DNA of 63,866 bases, taken from the NCBI GenBank assembly GCA_041661405.1, contig JBAZUL010000010.1:1-63866 (forward strand). The letters are read 5' to 3'. This document shows, one piece after another, positions 9,397 through 17,844 of this stretch; the stretch's first letter is position 1, and each line of letters begins with the position of its first letter. Position numbers and translations under genes: made by a program. Below the pieces are notes generated by a model. That model was not told where the DNA came from. It made no database searches and saw only the letters and a list, made by a program, of their open reading frames with translations. Source of the stretch: Patescibacteria group bacterium (GTDB taxonomy: Bacteria > Patescibacteriota > Patescibacteriia > Patescibacteriales > JBAZCA01).

Positions 9397-10203
9397 TTAT
9401 TTATTATTTAAAACGTTGATCAAATGCTTATGCAAATACTTATTAGCCGCTACGAACCCGGAATCACCAGGCTTCCATTTATTGCCTTCCAGGTTTATTA
9501 CCCTGCAACCGGCTTCGGTTAAAACATGAACGGCCGGAATATTGTCCCACGGATGAATATCAAAAGAAAGCCACCAATCTTTGGAGCCGCGCGCCAGAGC
9601 GTAAGCGCTCTTGGAGCTACTTCCAAAAATATTGACAAAAACATTATTCTTTTTCGCCAGCCTTAAAATTGCGCTCCAGTAAAAAATTTCTTTGGCTTTA
9701 ATAATCGGGTTAAGCAGTCCGACGCTATTATCCAGGTTTTTCTTATCCGAACATCTTACTTTCACTCCGTTTATTTTAACGCCTCTGCCCTTCTGCGCCA
9801 GAAGCATTTCCCTGCTCACCGGGTCATAAATGGCCGTGATTGCGGGAGTCATCTTCCGCGTGAGCGTTACCACGACGTTAAAAATGGCAAGGCCGCCGAA
9901 AAAATTATGAGTGCCGTCCAAAGGGTCAATGATCCAAACGTATTCCGCGCCTTTATTTTCATCCTCCATCTCTTCGGAAATAATTCCGTGCTCCGGAAAT
10001 TTCTCTTTAATTTTTTTTACCAAAAATTCATTGGCTTTGAAATCCGCTTCGGTGACAATATCCAGGCTGGTTCCCTCCTTATAGCTTGCCCGGATATTTT
10101 TCCTGAAATAGCTTAACACAATCTCCCCGGCTTCCCGCGTTATTTTTTCAATGAAAGTTTGCGTCTTATCCATATCTTCTTCGTTTGAGCTTAAAATACT
10201 CAT
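9397..10203 (-). CDS. Inositol monophosphatase family protein
   Basis: DIVTEAD, SEE, WIIDPLDGTHNF, WD motif; 4-nt overlap with the upstream stop codon. Confidence 0.9.
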   Translation of the reverse strand: MSILSSNEEDMDKTQTFIEKITREAGEIVLSYFRKNIRASYKEGTSLDIVTEADFKANEFLVKKIKEKFPEHGIISEEMEDENKGAEYVWIIDPLDGTHNFFGGLAIFNVVVTLTRKMTPAITAIYDPVSREMLLAQKGRGVKINGVKVRCSDKKNLDNSVGLLNPIIKAKEIFYWSAILRLAKKNNVFVNIFGSSSKSAYALARGSKDWWLSFDIHPWDNIPAVHVLTEAGCRVINLEGNKWKPGDSGFVAANKYLHKHLINVLNNK

Positions 10204-11072
10204 AAAAATGCTTCCTTTGCCTCACTTATGGTTTTCGGGTATAACTTTTTAAACTCTTCTCTTGGAGGAATATAAATACCAGCTCTTTCACTCTCTATTA
10301 TCCTGTTGATAATCTGTTCCCATTTTGTCTCCCCTTCAGGGTCGTCTTCCAGCAAACTAAGTATTTTATTTCTGTATTTTTTTATGCCCCGGTCATTCTT
10401 ATCAGCGGCTATTGCAAGGCTAAAAAATTGAGCCAAATACCAGAACTTTTTTATTTCTGAGCTCTTTATAATTCTTATAATCCTCTCTTCACTTACAGGA
10501 ACTATGCTCAGATGAAGCTTGGCTTCCTGCTCATCCGTTTTTTCCTGGTTGAAACCGTATTCCAGATTTTTCAAATCTTTAACGGACAACAAATAAAATT
10601 CCATAAGATCTCTCATTTCCCTTTTCTTTTCATATTGATTCTTGCCTTCTCTATTAGTTAAATAACAATCCATTTCCAGCCGAGCCTGATATAATTCCTT
10701 ACGCGAAGCCGAAGAAAATATATGACCGCGTTCCTGTTCATGTTTTTTAAATTGCCCGTCAACATCAATAAAAATCCAAACATCCATGTCGCTTTCCCTG
10801 TTCGCGTAGCCTTTTGAGTAAGAGCTGTCAAGAGTCGCCCCGATAATCTCATCTCTCCCTTTCTTATAGCCGCCAAAGGCTCTTTTTAAAGCCGTCAAAT
10901 TCCTCCTTAAATCTGGGTCGGCGGGAAAAATAAATCTCTTCTCGGATAACAGCCCCTTCTCTCCCATTAACCATCTTCTCTCAAACTTTTCAAGGCCGTC
11001 AAGATCCGGCAGTTGGCCAGTGGGAATTCTCCTGTCCATAAAATAAATCGGGCTAGTCCGGATCCCTTCCAA
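10200..11072 (-). CDS. Hypothetical protein with a Pol-beta-type nucleotidyltransferase-like motif
   Basis: IIGATLDSSYSKGYANRESDMDVWIFID resembles hG[GS]x(9-13)DhDh; visibly AT-richer than aspS. Confidence 0.55.
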   Translation of the reverse strand: MEGIRTSPIYFMDRRIPTGQLPDLDGLEKFERRWLMGEKGLLSEKRFIFPADPDLRRNLTALKRAFGGYKKGRDEIIGATLDSSYSKGYANRESDMDVWIFIDVDGQFKKHEQERGHIFSSASRKELYQARLEMDCYLTNREGKNQYEKKREMRDLMEFYLLSVKDLKNLEYGFNQEKTDEQEAKLHLSIVPVSEERIIRIIKSSEIKKFWYLAQFFSLAIAADKNDRGIKKYRNKILSLLEDDPEGETKWEQIINRIIESERAGIYIPPREEFKKLYPKTISEAKEAFL

Positions 11073-11100
11073 GGACTCGGATTTAGTTTAGATACAAGTC

Positions 11101-12939
11101 TTAATCCAACTTCACCCTCACATGCAGTTCCCGGAGTTGCTTCTCATCCACTTCCGAGGGTGAGTCCATTAAGAGGTCTTTGCCTTTGCCATCTTTTGGA
11201 AAAGCGTAGATATCGCGGATGGAATCAAGATCGTTTAGGGCCATAAAAATCCGGTCCACTCCCGGAGCGTTGCCGCCGTGCGGAGGCGCGCCAAAAGAAA
11301 AAGCCCGAAGCATGGCGCCGAATTTCGCGTCAACTTGCTCCTTTGTATAGCCGGCGATTTCAAAAGCTTTATACATGATTTCCGGCTCATGGTTTCTTAT
11401 GGCGCCGGAAGAAACTTCAAAGCCGTTTAGTATGAGATCATATTGATTAGCTAAAATTTCCAGCGGAGGCTTGGAATTAAGCGCTTCCATTCCGCCTTGA
11501 GGCATAGAAAAAGGATTATGGCCGAAGTCAATTTTTCCGGCTTCAATTTCCGAATAATCATACATGGGAAAATCAACGATCCAGCACCAGGCGGCTTTTT
11601 TCTTGTCTTTTAATTTCAGCTTGTCGGCGCAGGCGATCCGAACGGCGCCCAGAGCGTCGCAGACCGTCCGCCATTTATCGGCACCGAAAAAAATGATGTC
11701 CCCAACTTTAGCTTCCACTTCTTTGATAATTTTTTGTGCCAATTCATCCCCTAAAAACTTAACAATCGGAGATTGCAATTCTGGCGCTTGCGTTGCAGGT
11801 GCGGACTCACCAACTCCAAGCGATGGCTGAGCCCCCTCTCTTAAAACGATATAAGCCAAACCTTTCGCCCCCTTACTCTTTGCTGTTTCGGTTAATTCAT
11901 CAATCTGCGAGCGGGTGAACTTTGCGCCGCCGTCAACTTTCAGGGCGTGCACTACGCCGCCGGATTCCACGGCGCCGGCGAATACGCCGAATCCGCACCC
12001 GCGCGCCAGCTCGGTCACCGGTTTTATTTCAAGATCATAACGCAAATCCGGCTTATCAATCCCGTATTTTGTCAGGGCTTCGCGCCAGGGAATTTTTTTT
12101 AACCGGCCGTCAGCTTCCAAGCCGATAACTTTTTTCCTGGAAAATTTCTTGGTAATTTCCAGAGCCCAGGGCTCCATGATTTTAAAAATATCTTCCTGCT
12201 CAACAAAACTCATCTCCATGTCCAGCTGATAAAATTCGCCGTAATGGCGATCCATCCGCGGGTCTTCGTCGCGGAAGCAAGGGGCGATCTGGAAATAGCG
12301 GTCAAAACCGGAGACCATCAAAAGCTGTTTAAACTGCTGAGGCGCCTGCGGCAGGGCGTAAAATTTTCCCGGATAAAGCCGCGACGGGATTAAAAAATCG
12401 CGCGCGCCTTCAGGCGAAGAATTGGCAAGAATCGGAGTCTGGACTTCTATAAACCCGAGCTTTTCAAAATACTTTCTCGTAAATTGGAAAAACTTATCTT
12501 TTTTCGCTAAAAGTTTTTGCGGTTCCGCGCGCCTTAAGTCTATGAAGCGGTATTTCAGCCTCAGCGCCTCATTAGACGCGTCAGCTTTTTCCTCGTCAAT
12601 TTCAAAAGGCGGGGTTTTTGACTCGCTCATTATTTCCAGCTTTTCAATCCCGATTTCAATTTCGCCGGTTTTCAATTTCTTGTTAACCATGTCTTCGGGC
12701 CGTAAAAGCACTTTGCCGGACGCTTTTATCACCCATTCGCTCCTAAGGCTGTCCGCTTTTTTCCAGGCCGCTTCATTTATATCCGGATCAAATTTGATCT
12801 GCGTCAGACCGTAACGGTCGCGAAGGTCAATAAAAATAATTCCGCCGTGATCCCGCCGGCGGTGCACCCAGCCGCAGAGCTCCACGCTTTCTCCGGCGTT
12901 AGATTTATTCAGTTCTCCGTTAGTATGAGTTCTAAGCAT
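11101..12939 (-). CDS. aspS: Aspartyl-tRNA synthetase (bacterial type with GAD insert; GAPPHGG suggests non-discriminating)
   Basis: RDHGGIIFIDLRDRYG, PEGARDFL, FQIAPCFRDED, GAPPHGG. Confidence 0.97.
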   Translation of the reverse strand: MLRTHTNGELNKSNAGESVELCGWVHRRRDHGGIIFIDLRDRYGLTQIKFDPDINEAAWKKADSLRSEWVIKASGKVLLRPEDMVNKKLKTGEIEIGIEKLEIMSESKTPPFEIDEEKADASNEALRLKYRFIDLRRAEPQKLLAKKDKFFQFTRKYFEKLGFIEVQTPILANSSPEGARDFLIPSRLYPGKFYALPQAPQQFKQLLMVSGFDRYFQIAPCFRDEDPRMDRHYGEFYQLDMEMSFVEQEDIFKIMEPWALEITKKFSRKKVIGLEADGRLKKIPWREALTKYGIDKPDLRYDLEIKPVTELARGCGFGVFAGAVESGGVVHALKVDGGAKFTRSQIDELTETAKSKGAKGLAYIVLREGAQPSLGVGESAPATQAPELQSPIVKFLGDELAQKIIKEVEAKVGDIIFFGADKWRTVCDALGAVRIACADKLKLKDKKKAAWCWIVDFPMYDYSEIEAGKIDFGHNPFSMPQGGMEALNSKPPLEILANQYDLILNGFEVSSGAIRNHEPEIMYKAFEIAGYTKEQVDAKFGAMLRAFSFGAPPHGGNAPGVDRIFMALNDLDSIRDIYAFPKDGKGKDLLMDSPSEVDEKQLRELHVRVKLD

Positions 12940-13018
12940 AAGTGTGTTGCAGGCAAAAAAATAAACAATTATAAATAAGGCCGAATATTACAATTTTTTC
13001 GCCTCTACAATTAAAAAA

Positions 13019-13047
13019 ATTATACTTTATTTTCCGCCAAAAATCAA
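13019..13047 (-). promoter_or_regulatory. Sigma70 promoter of aspS
   Basis: TTGATT-17-TATAAT on the minus strand. Confidence 0.65.
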
Positions 13048-13067
13048 CCTCTGCGAAAACCCCAGGC

Positions 13068-13292
13068 TTAATCCAGTTGGTCCGCCCGTTTGATTCTTGC
13101 ACCGCGTCTTTCCTGTTTCAGCCGCTCGGAAATTTTCGTCAAAACTCCAATATCCGCCGGTAAATCGCCTGAGGCTACTGATTTTGCCAGCGACTTCCTG
13201 AGTCTTCCTTCTCTATCCTGTTTTTCTGGTTTTTTCTCCAGCCACCCGTCTTGTTCCATTCTCATATATTTTTTTTTAAACACAATATTCAC
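13068..13292 (-). CDS. Small hypothetical protein (start possibly 13259)
   Basis: Open frame directly downstream of recO on the same strand; no recognised motif. Confidence 0.4.
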   Translation of the reverse strand: MNIVFKKKYMRMEQDGWLEKKPEKQDREGRLRKSLAKSVASGDLPADIGVLTKISERLKQERRGARIKRADQLD

Positions 13293-13986
13293 AAAAAGAC
13301 TTCATGGCATTTTTCATTTCTTCCTTATGGTCATTTAAATTCATTTTCTCCAGTTCGCCCCAGCCTTCTCCTCCAGCCAGCCGGAAAATTTTAACGCAGG
13401 AATCGGAAATTTTTACTTCCAATCCTTTAGCAACTAAGCCGTGTTTTCCGCAGGTAATCCCGCCGCGCGCGGGGCTGAAAATATTATTGCCGGGCATTAT
13501 TTTTTCGCCGCAGACAACGCAACTTTTCAATTCCGGCCGATACCCCAGAATGGAGAGCAGTTTGAAAGAAAAAATGTGAAGCAATGCCCAGCCGTTATCT
13601 TTCCGGCTGTCATTAATGATATTCAAAAATTCCAAAAGCAGACCAAAAACTTTTTCGTCGCGTTCTTCTTTCTTTATATGCCTGTTAAAGGCATGGATTG
13701 CTTCGCCCGCGACCCCGGATTTTTCCAGGTTGCCCTTCACGCCGGAAAAGCATCTTTCGCTCGCAACGCCGCCGATGTAATCATAGGTTTTTCCCCTGAT
13801 GGCCATAATGCTGGCGAGCGTTATCGGTTCAAGATGCCCGGCCATTTTTGACCGAATTTTTTTCGCGCCCCGGGCGATGAGTTCCAGCTTTCCCCTTTCC
13901 CGGCTGTATAAGGTTATCTTAGCGTCATGTTCCCGGAAAGGTTCGCGCTTTAAAATTATGGCTTCAAGGTTATAGGTTTCGTTCAT
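13276..13986 (-). CDS. recO: DNA repair protein RecO
   Basis: AIILKREPFREHDAKITLYSRERGK...ARGAKK; Zn finger CVVC...C. Confidence 0.93.
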   Translation of the reverse strand: MNETYNLEAIILKREPFREHDAKITLYSRERGKLELIARGAKKIRSKMAGHLEPITLASIMAIRGKTYDYIGGVASERCFSGVKGNLEKSGVAGEAIHAFNRHIKKEERDEKVFGLLLEFLNIINDSRKDNGWALLHIFSFKLLSILGYRPELKSCVVCGEKIMPGNNIFSPARGGITCGKHGLVAKGLEVKISDSCVKIFRLAGGEGWGELEKMNLNDHKEEMKNAMKSFCEYCV

Positions 13987-13989
13987 GTG

Positions 13990-14073
13990 ATTAGACGTCA
14001 GACGGCGGATAACAGACGACAGGCCATTAGGAAGAGTACCGTTATCTGTTATCTGTTATCTGTTATCTGATTA
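13990..14073. repeat. 7-nt-period inverted-repeat element (TTATCTG family)
   Basis: (TTATCTG)x4 at 14042-14069 facing CAGACGG/GATAACAG units; encodes the last codons of ruvX. Confidence 0.7.
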
Positions 14074-14441
14074 CTGTCCAAATAACTTTGCAATATTAAC
14101 ATAGCGGACACCGCGTCTTTGTCGGCCTTAACTTTTTTTCCGCCGCTAAGCGATTTAGCGAGACGGGTGGTGAGTCGCTCGTCAATAGTTTCTATCGGCA
14201 AGCTGGTTTTCTTTTTTAATTCGCCGATAAACTCATCAACTTTCTTTTTATTTCCGCCTTCTTCATTCCTTAAAGTAACGGGCGAGCCGATGATTATTTT
14301 TTCCACTTCTTCTTCTTTAATCGCTTTTACGACATCTTTAATGGTTTTGACCACGCGAAAAGGAATAGCCAGACCCGTTTCCGAGTCAGCCATGGCAAGT
14401 CCAATACGATCAGTTCCCCAGTCGATGCCCAGGTATCTCAT
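14049..14441 (-). CDS. ruvX: Holliday junction resolvase RuvX/YqgF
   Basis: MRYLGIDWGTDRIGLA, DERLTT, DAVSAMLILQSYL; start moved to MRYLG. Confidence 0.93.
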   Translation of the reverse strand: MRYLGIDWGTDRIGLAMADSETGLAIPFRVVKTIKDVVKAIKEEEVEKIIIGSPVTLRNEEGGNKKKVDEFIGELKKKTSLPIETIDERLTTRLAKSLSGGKKVKADKDAVSAMLILQSYLDSNQITDNR

Positions 14442-14454
14442 AAATTTTTTTAAC

Positions 14455-14547
14455 GTCACTAAGCGTAGCGAAGAATCCCGTGTTATAATATTATGCGGCG
14501 AGATTCTTCGTCCCGCATTTATGGGGCTCAGAATGACAATGGAATTA
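14455..14547. repeat. REP/MITE-like palindromic element with a nested hairpin
   Basis: GTCACTAAGCGTAGCGAAGAATC...GATTCTTCG[TCCCGCATTTATGGGG]CTCAGAATGAC. Confidence 0.65.
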
Positions 14548-14549
14548 AT

Positions 14550-15419
14550 TCATTCTAAAGTGAGAATTTCATGCCCTCTCTCCGTCACCGCCACAGTGTG
14601 TTCAAAATGCGCCGAAAGCGATCCGTCGCTCGTCACAATCGTAAACCCGTCCGCGTCGGACTCTATGTCATGCTCCCCGGCGTTCACCATAGGTTCAATG
14701 GCGATCACCATGCCCGGCCTTAAAACAATATCTTTGAAATCTTTTTCTTTTGGAAAATAATTAGGAACCTGAGGATCTTCATGCACCTCGTAACCGACCC
14801 CGTGGCCAACCAAGGCCCGGACAACGGAAAAGCCGTTTTTTCTGACATAATCGTCAATCGCCCGGCCAATGTCGGACAGTTTTTTTCCGGGTTTTACTTC
14901 AGCAATACCGAGTTCCAGAGCTTTTTTTGTAACTTCCAATAGCTTTCTCCGTTCCTCGCCGATTTCTCCGGCTCCGGCCGTCAAAGCCATGTCCGTGATA
15001 AAACCGCCGGAAGCCGAATATTTGTTTTTCGGAAAATTTTTTACAGCCCCGGTTATAGCGTGTTTATCCGGCGCGGTCTTGCCGCTCGCGAGCGGCGGAA
15101 GATATTCCATGCCAATATCAATGCCGATCAGATCGCCTTCTTCTAAAACCCGCGAAGGCAGGGCCGGAGCGTGGACAACTTCATGATTAATGGACGCGCA
15201 AATCACGGTCGGAAATCCCCGGGCGCCAGCTGACGATTTATAACCTTTAAAAGCCGGCTTGCCGCCGGCTTCTGTCATCAGCTTATAGGCGAGGTCTTCC
15301 AGACGGCCGGTCGTAACGCCGGGTTTTACATCTTCTGCCAGAGCATGGAGGATTCTCGCGAGTATTTTCCCGCCTTCCCGCATGGCGGCGATTTCCTCTT
15401 TGGTCTTTATGTAAACCAT
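14550..15419 (-). CDS. map: Methionine aminopeptidase type I, with a 31-aa insertion
   Basis: VICASINHEVVH, DIG, TDMA, GHGVG..HEDP, IEPM, SAHFEHT. Confidence 0.95.
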   Translation of the reverse strand: MVYIKTKEEIAAMREGGKILARILHALAEDVKPGVTTGRLEDLAYKLMTEAGGKPAFKGYKSSAGARGFPTVICASINHEVVHAPALPSRVLEEGDLIGIDIGMEYLPPLASGKTAPDKHAITGAVKNFPKNKYSASGGFITDMALTAGAGEIGEERRKLLEVTKKALELGIAEVKPGKKLSDIGRAIDDYVRKNGFSVVRALVGHGVGYEVHEDPQVPNYFPKEKDFKDIVLRPGMVIAIEPMVNAGEHDIESDADGFTIVTSDGSLSAHFEHTVAVTERGHEILTLE

Positions 15420-15421
15420 AA

Positions 15422-16069
15422 TTAAATCAATTTTTTATCTATCTCATCCGCCACACTGTCAATACTCTGTTCCCCATTTATCAAAAACAGTTTACCGCCC
15501 GTCCTCCAATAATCAATAACCGGATCCACGTTCAGATGGTAAACCTTAAGTCTTTCTTTTATTACGCCCGGAGAATCATCCGGGCGGACAACAAGTTTAG
15601 CGCCGCAGACATCGCAAGTCTCATCTTGCTTCGGCGGGTTATAAATCATATGATAAGTCGCTCCGCAAACGCACGACCGTCTTCCGGAGAGCCGCCTCAC
15701 CACCTCATCATCCGAAACATCAACGAGCAATGGAATAATTTTTGCCTCCGAAATTTCTTTTAAAATATTTAAGAGAAAATCCTGCTGGTTTAGGGTCCGC
15801 GGGTAGCCGTCAAGTATCGCGCCATTTTCCGCGTCCTTTTCCTTTAACCGCGTCTCAATCATTTTTGCCACGATCTCATCGGACACCAGATTTCCTCCGG
15901 CGATAATTTCCTCCACTTCCTTTCCCAGTTCTGTCTTATCTTTTATTTCTTTGCGCAATAAAACGCCGGTGGAAATTGTCGGCAAATTTAATTTCTTCCC
16001 CAAAATTTCCGCCTGCGTTCCTTTGCCTGATCCCGGCGGCCCGAACATGATAAAATATTTTTTTGCCAT
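15422..16069 (-). CDS. adk: Adenylate kinase
   Basis: GPPGSGKGTQA, LDGYPR, Zn-type LID (C-C...C..C), RPDD. Confidence 0.97.
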   Translation of the reverse strand: MAKKYFIMFGPPGSGKGTQAEILGKKLNLPTISTGVLLRKEIKDKTELGKEVEEIIAGGNLVSDEIVAKMIETRLKEKDAENGAILDGYPRTLNQQDFLLNILKEISEAKIIPLLVDVSDDEVVRRLSGRRSCVCGATYHMIYNPPKQDETCDVCGAKLVVRPDDSPGVIKERLKVYHLNVDPVIDYWRTGGKLFLINGEQSIDSVADEIDKKLI

Positions 16070-16078
16070 AAAATATCT

Positions 16079-16744
16079 TTATATAACCGGCTTTAACCTG
16101 CCCGACCCAAGAGATTTTCCCTGGTTTGCCGAAGCGACGCCTCCCTTTTTCCCTAAAGAATACGGAGAAGATGAGGTTCCGCCTGCTTTTTTAGCGTACC
16201 CGCCGGTTTCCCGGTTTAAATAAACCATGCTCCCGCTCATTTTCTGCGAGCTGGTATCTCCCGCCCCGCCTCCGGCAAATCCTCTTTGGCTCGGACTGTA
16301 ACCAACCCGTCCGGCGGCGGCCATGGCTTCCGGGTCATAAGCCCTTGCGCCCCGGAGAACCGGAGGTTTTTCTTCTTTCTTCTTGCTTCCCAATATTCCC
16401 CAAAACGAACCGGAGGTTTTAGGTTTCCCTTGGATCGCCGCTAATTTTTCCTTTTTTTCCGCTCTTTGCGTTGCTGTTGAATACGGGGTTAATAGTTTCT
16501 TAAAACTGTCAACATCCGAATATGAGGCTTTATTCAATCCTTTAAACTTTCTTATGGCGCCTTTTATATCCTGGTCAGTAAGATATCCATACCGAATTTT
16601 TCTCTCCAGTCCTTTCATCGCGCCGGCCATGGCGCTTTTATTGTCTTTTAAATGAACGGGCAGTGAAGAAGAAATTTTTTTAATGAATTTATCCGCCGAA
16701 AAACCGCTCCCTCTGTCCAGAATTCTTTTTTCTAAATTAGCCAT
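16079..16744 (-). CDS. Hypothetical basic protein with a Gly/Ser-rich C-terminal half
   Basis: 221-aa ORF tightly packed between the TerC-like gene and adk. Confidence 0.6.
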   Translation of the reverse strand: MANLEKRILDRGSGFSADKFIKKISSSLPVHLKDNKSAMAGAMKGLERKIRYGYLTDQDIKGAIRKFKGLNKASYSDVDSFKKLLTPYSTATQRAEKKEKLAAIQGKPKTSGSFWGILGSKKKEEKPPVLRGARAYDPEAMAAAGRVGYSPSQRGFAGGGAGDTSSQKMSGSMVYLNRETGGYAKKAGGTSSSPYSLGKKGGVASANQGKSLGSGRLKPVI

Positions 16745-16767
16745 ACGATTAATTTATTTTTTAATTT

Positions 16768-17700
16768 TCATGAAGCCGGCTGATTATCAGCCATCGCTAT
16801 TTTTGACTTCCAAAAGAAATAAGCAACTACGCCGAAAGTTACGACCGGAGAAAGCCAGGCCGGGATATGGAAGCCGAAACTGTCTAAAACCATGATAAGC
16901 CCCAAAAAGAAAATTGAATACATGGCTCCGTTTTTTAAAAACATATATTTCTTTATCCGGTCAATATTGCCGACGGTTAATTGCCGGACGACGAAAGCGC
17001 CAATGCCGTTGCCGAATAAAATTATCGGCACCGAAAGGGTAAAAGCGAAAGCGCCTAAAACCCCGTCAATGGAAAAAGTCGTGTCAATCACTTCCAGATA
17101 CAATATCTTACTGATGTCCGAAAGGCCGCTGCCTTTATTTAAAAGCTGTTTCTCCGCCTGCTCGGCGTTCTGTTTAAAGCCGTGGGTAATAAAAAACGCG
17201 GTTGAGCCGACGACCGCGCCAAAAGCCATTAAAGGATTTTCATGCAAAGCCGCCCAAACGACAACAGCCAAAATTATAGACACGACAGCGTAAAACCAGA
17301 CTCCCTGCGAATGCAGAAATTTTTCGCCCGGCAGGCCGTAGTGTTTTTCCTCAATAAAAAGCCAATGGAAAAAAAGAAAGATAAGGAAAATTCCGCCGCC
17401 GACTAAGAGTATCGGGGCGGATGATTCAATTGCCTCTATGACTTTCGGATCCGAGGAAAACGTGGCGGTAAGCGCCCCAAAAAACCCCAGTTCCGGCGCC
17501 GTCGCCCAGACGATCGCCCAAGGCAAAAGCCCGCGGACAACAAAAACGGCGAATAATATCCCCCAAACTAAAAACCAGCGCCGGTATTTCGGCTGCATGG
17601 TTGACAAAACCTCGGCGTTGATTATGGCGTTGTCAATACTGGAGACGATTTCAAAAAGCGTAAGACCGGCGGTTGTTATTAGGATGGATAACAGGTTCAT
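16768..17700 (-). CDS. DUF475/TerC-like integral membrane protein
   Basis: EIVSSIDNAIINA, LEVIDTTFSIDGVLGAFA, LKNGAMYSI. Confidence 0.85.
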   Translation of the reverse strand: MNLLSILITTAGLTLFEIVSSIDNAIINAEVLSTMQPKYRRWFLVWGILFAVFVVRGLLPWAIVWATAPELGFFGALTATFSSDPKVIEAIESSAPILLVGGGIFLIFLFFHWLFIEEKHYGLPGEKFLHSQGVWFYAVVSIILAVVVWAALHENPLMAFGAVVGSTAFFITHGFKQNAEQAEKQLLNKGSGLSDISKILYLEVIDTTFSIDGVLGAFAFTLSVPIILFGNGIGAFVVRQLTVGNIDRIKKYMFLKNGAMYSIFFLGLIMVLDSFGFHIPAWLSPVVTFGVVAYFFWKSKIAMADNQPAS

Positions 17701-17844
17701 AGATAAATAAATGACAAATTATTTTTAATTTTTACATTTTCTTACATTAATCATATTATACCACATCCCCCAAACAAAAAACCAGCTCCTTAAAGCCGGC
17801 CTATCCGAAATCAATCCCGAGCACTCGGGACAAAAATCAAAAAT

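Noticed and set aside
12940-13018. T-box riboswitch upstream of aspS
   Set aside because: The leader is under 80 nt, with no T-box motif or terminator.
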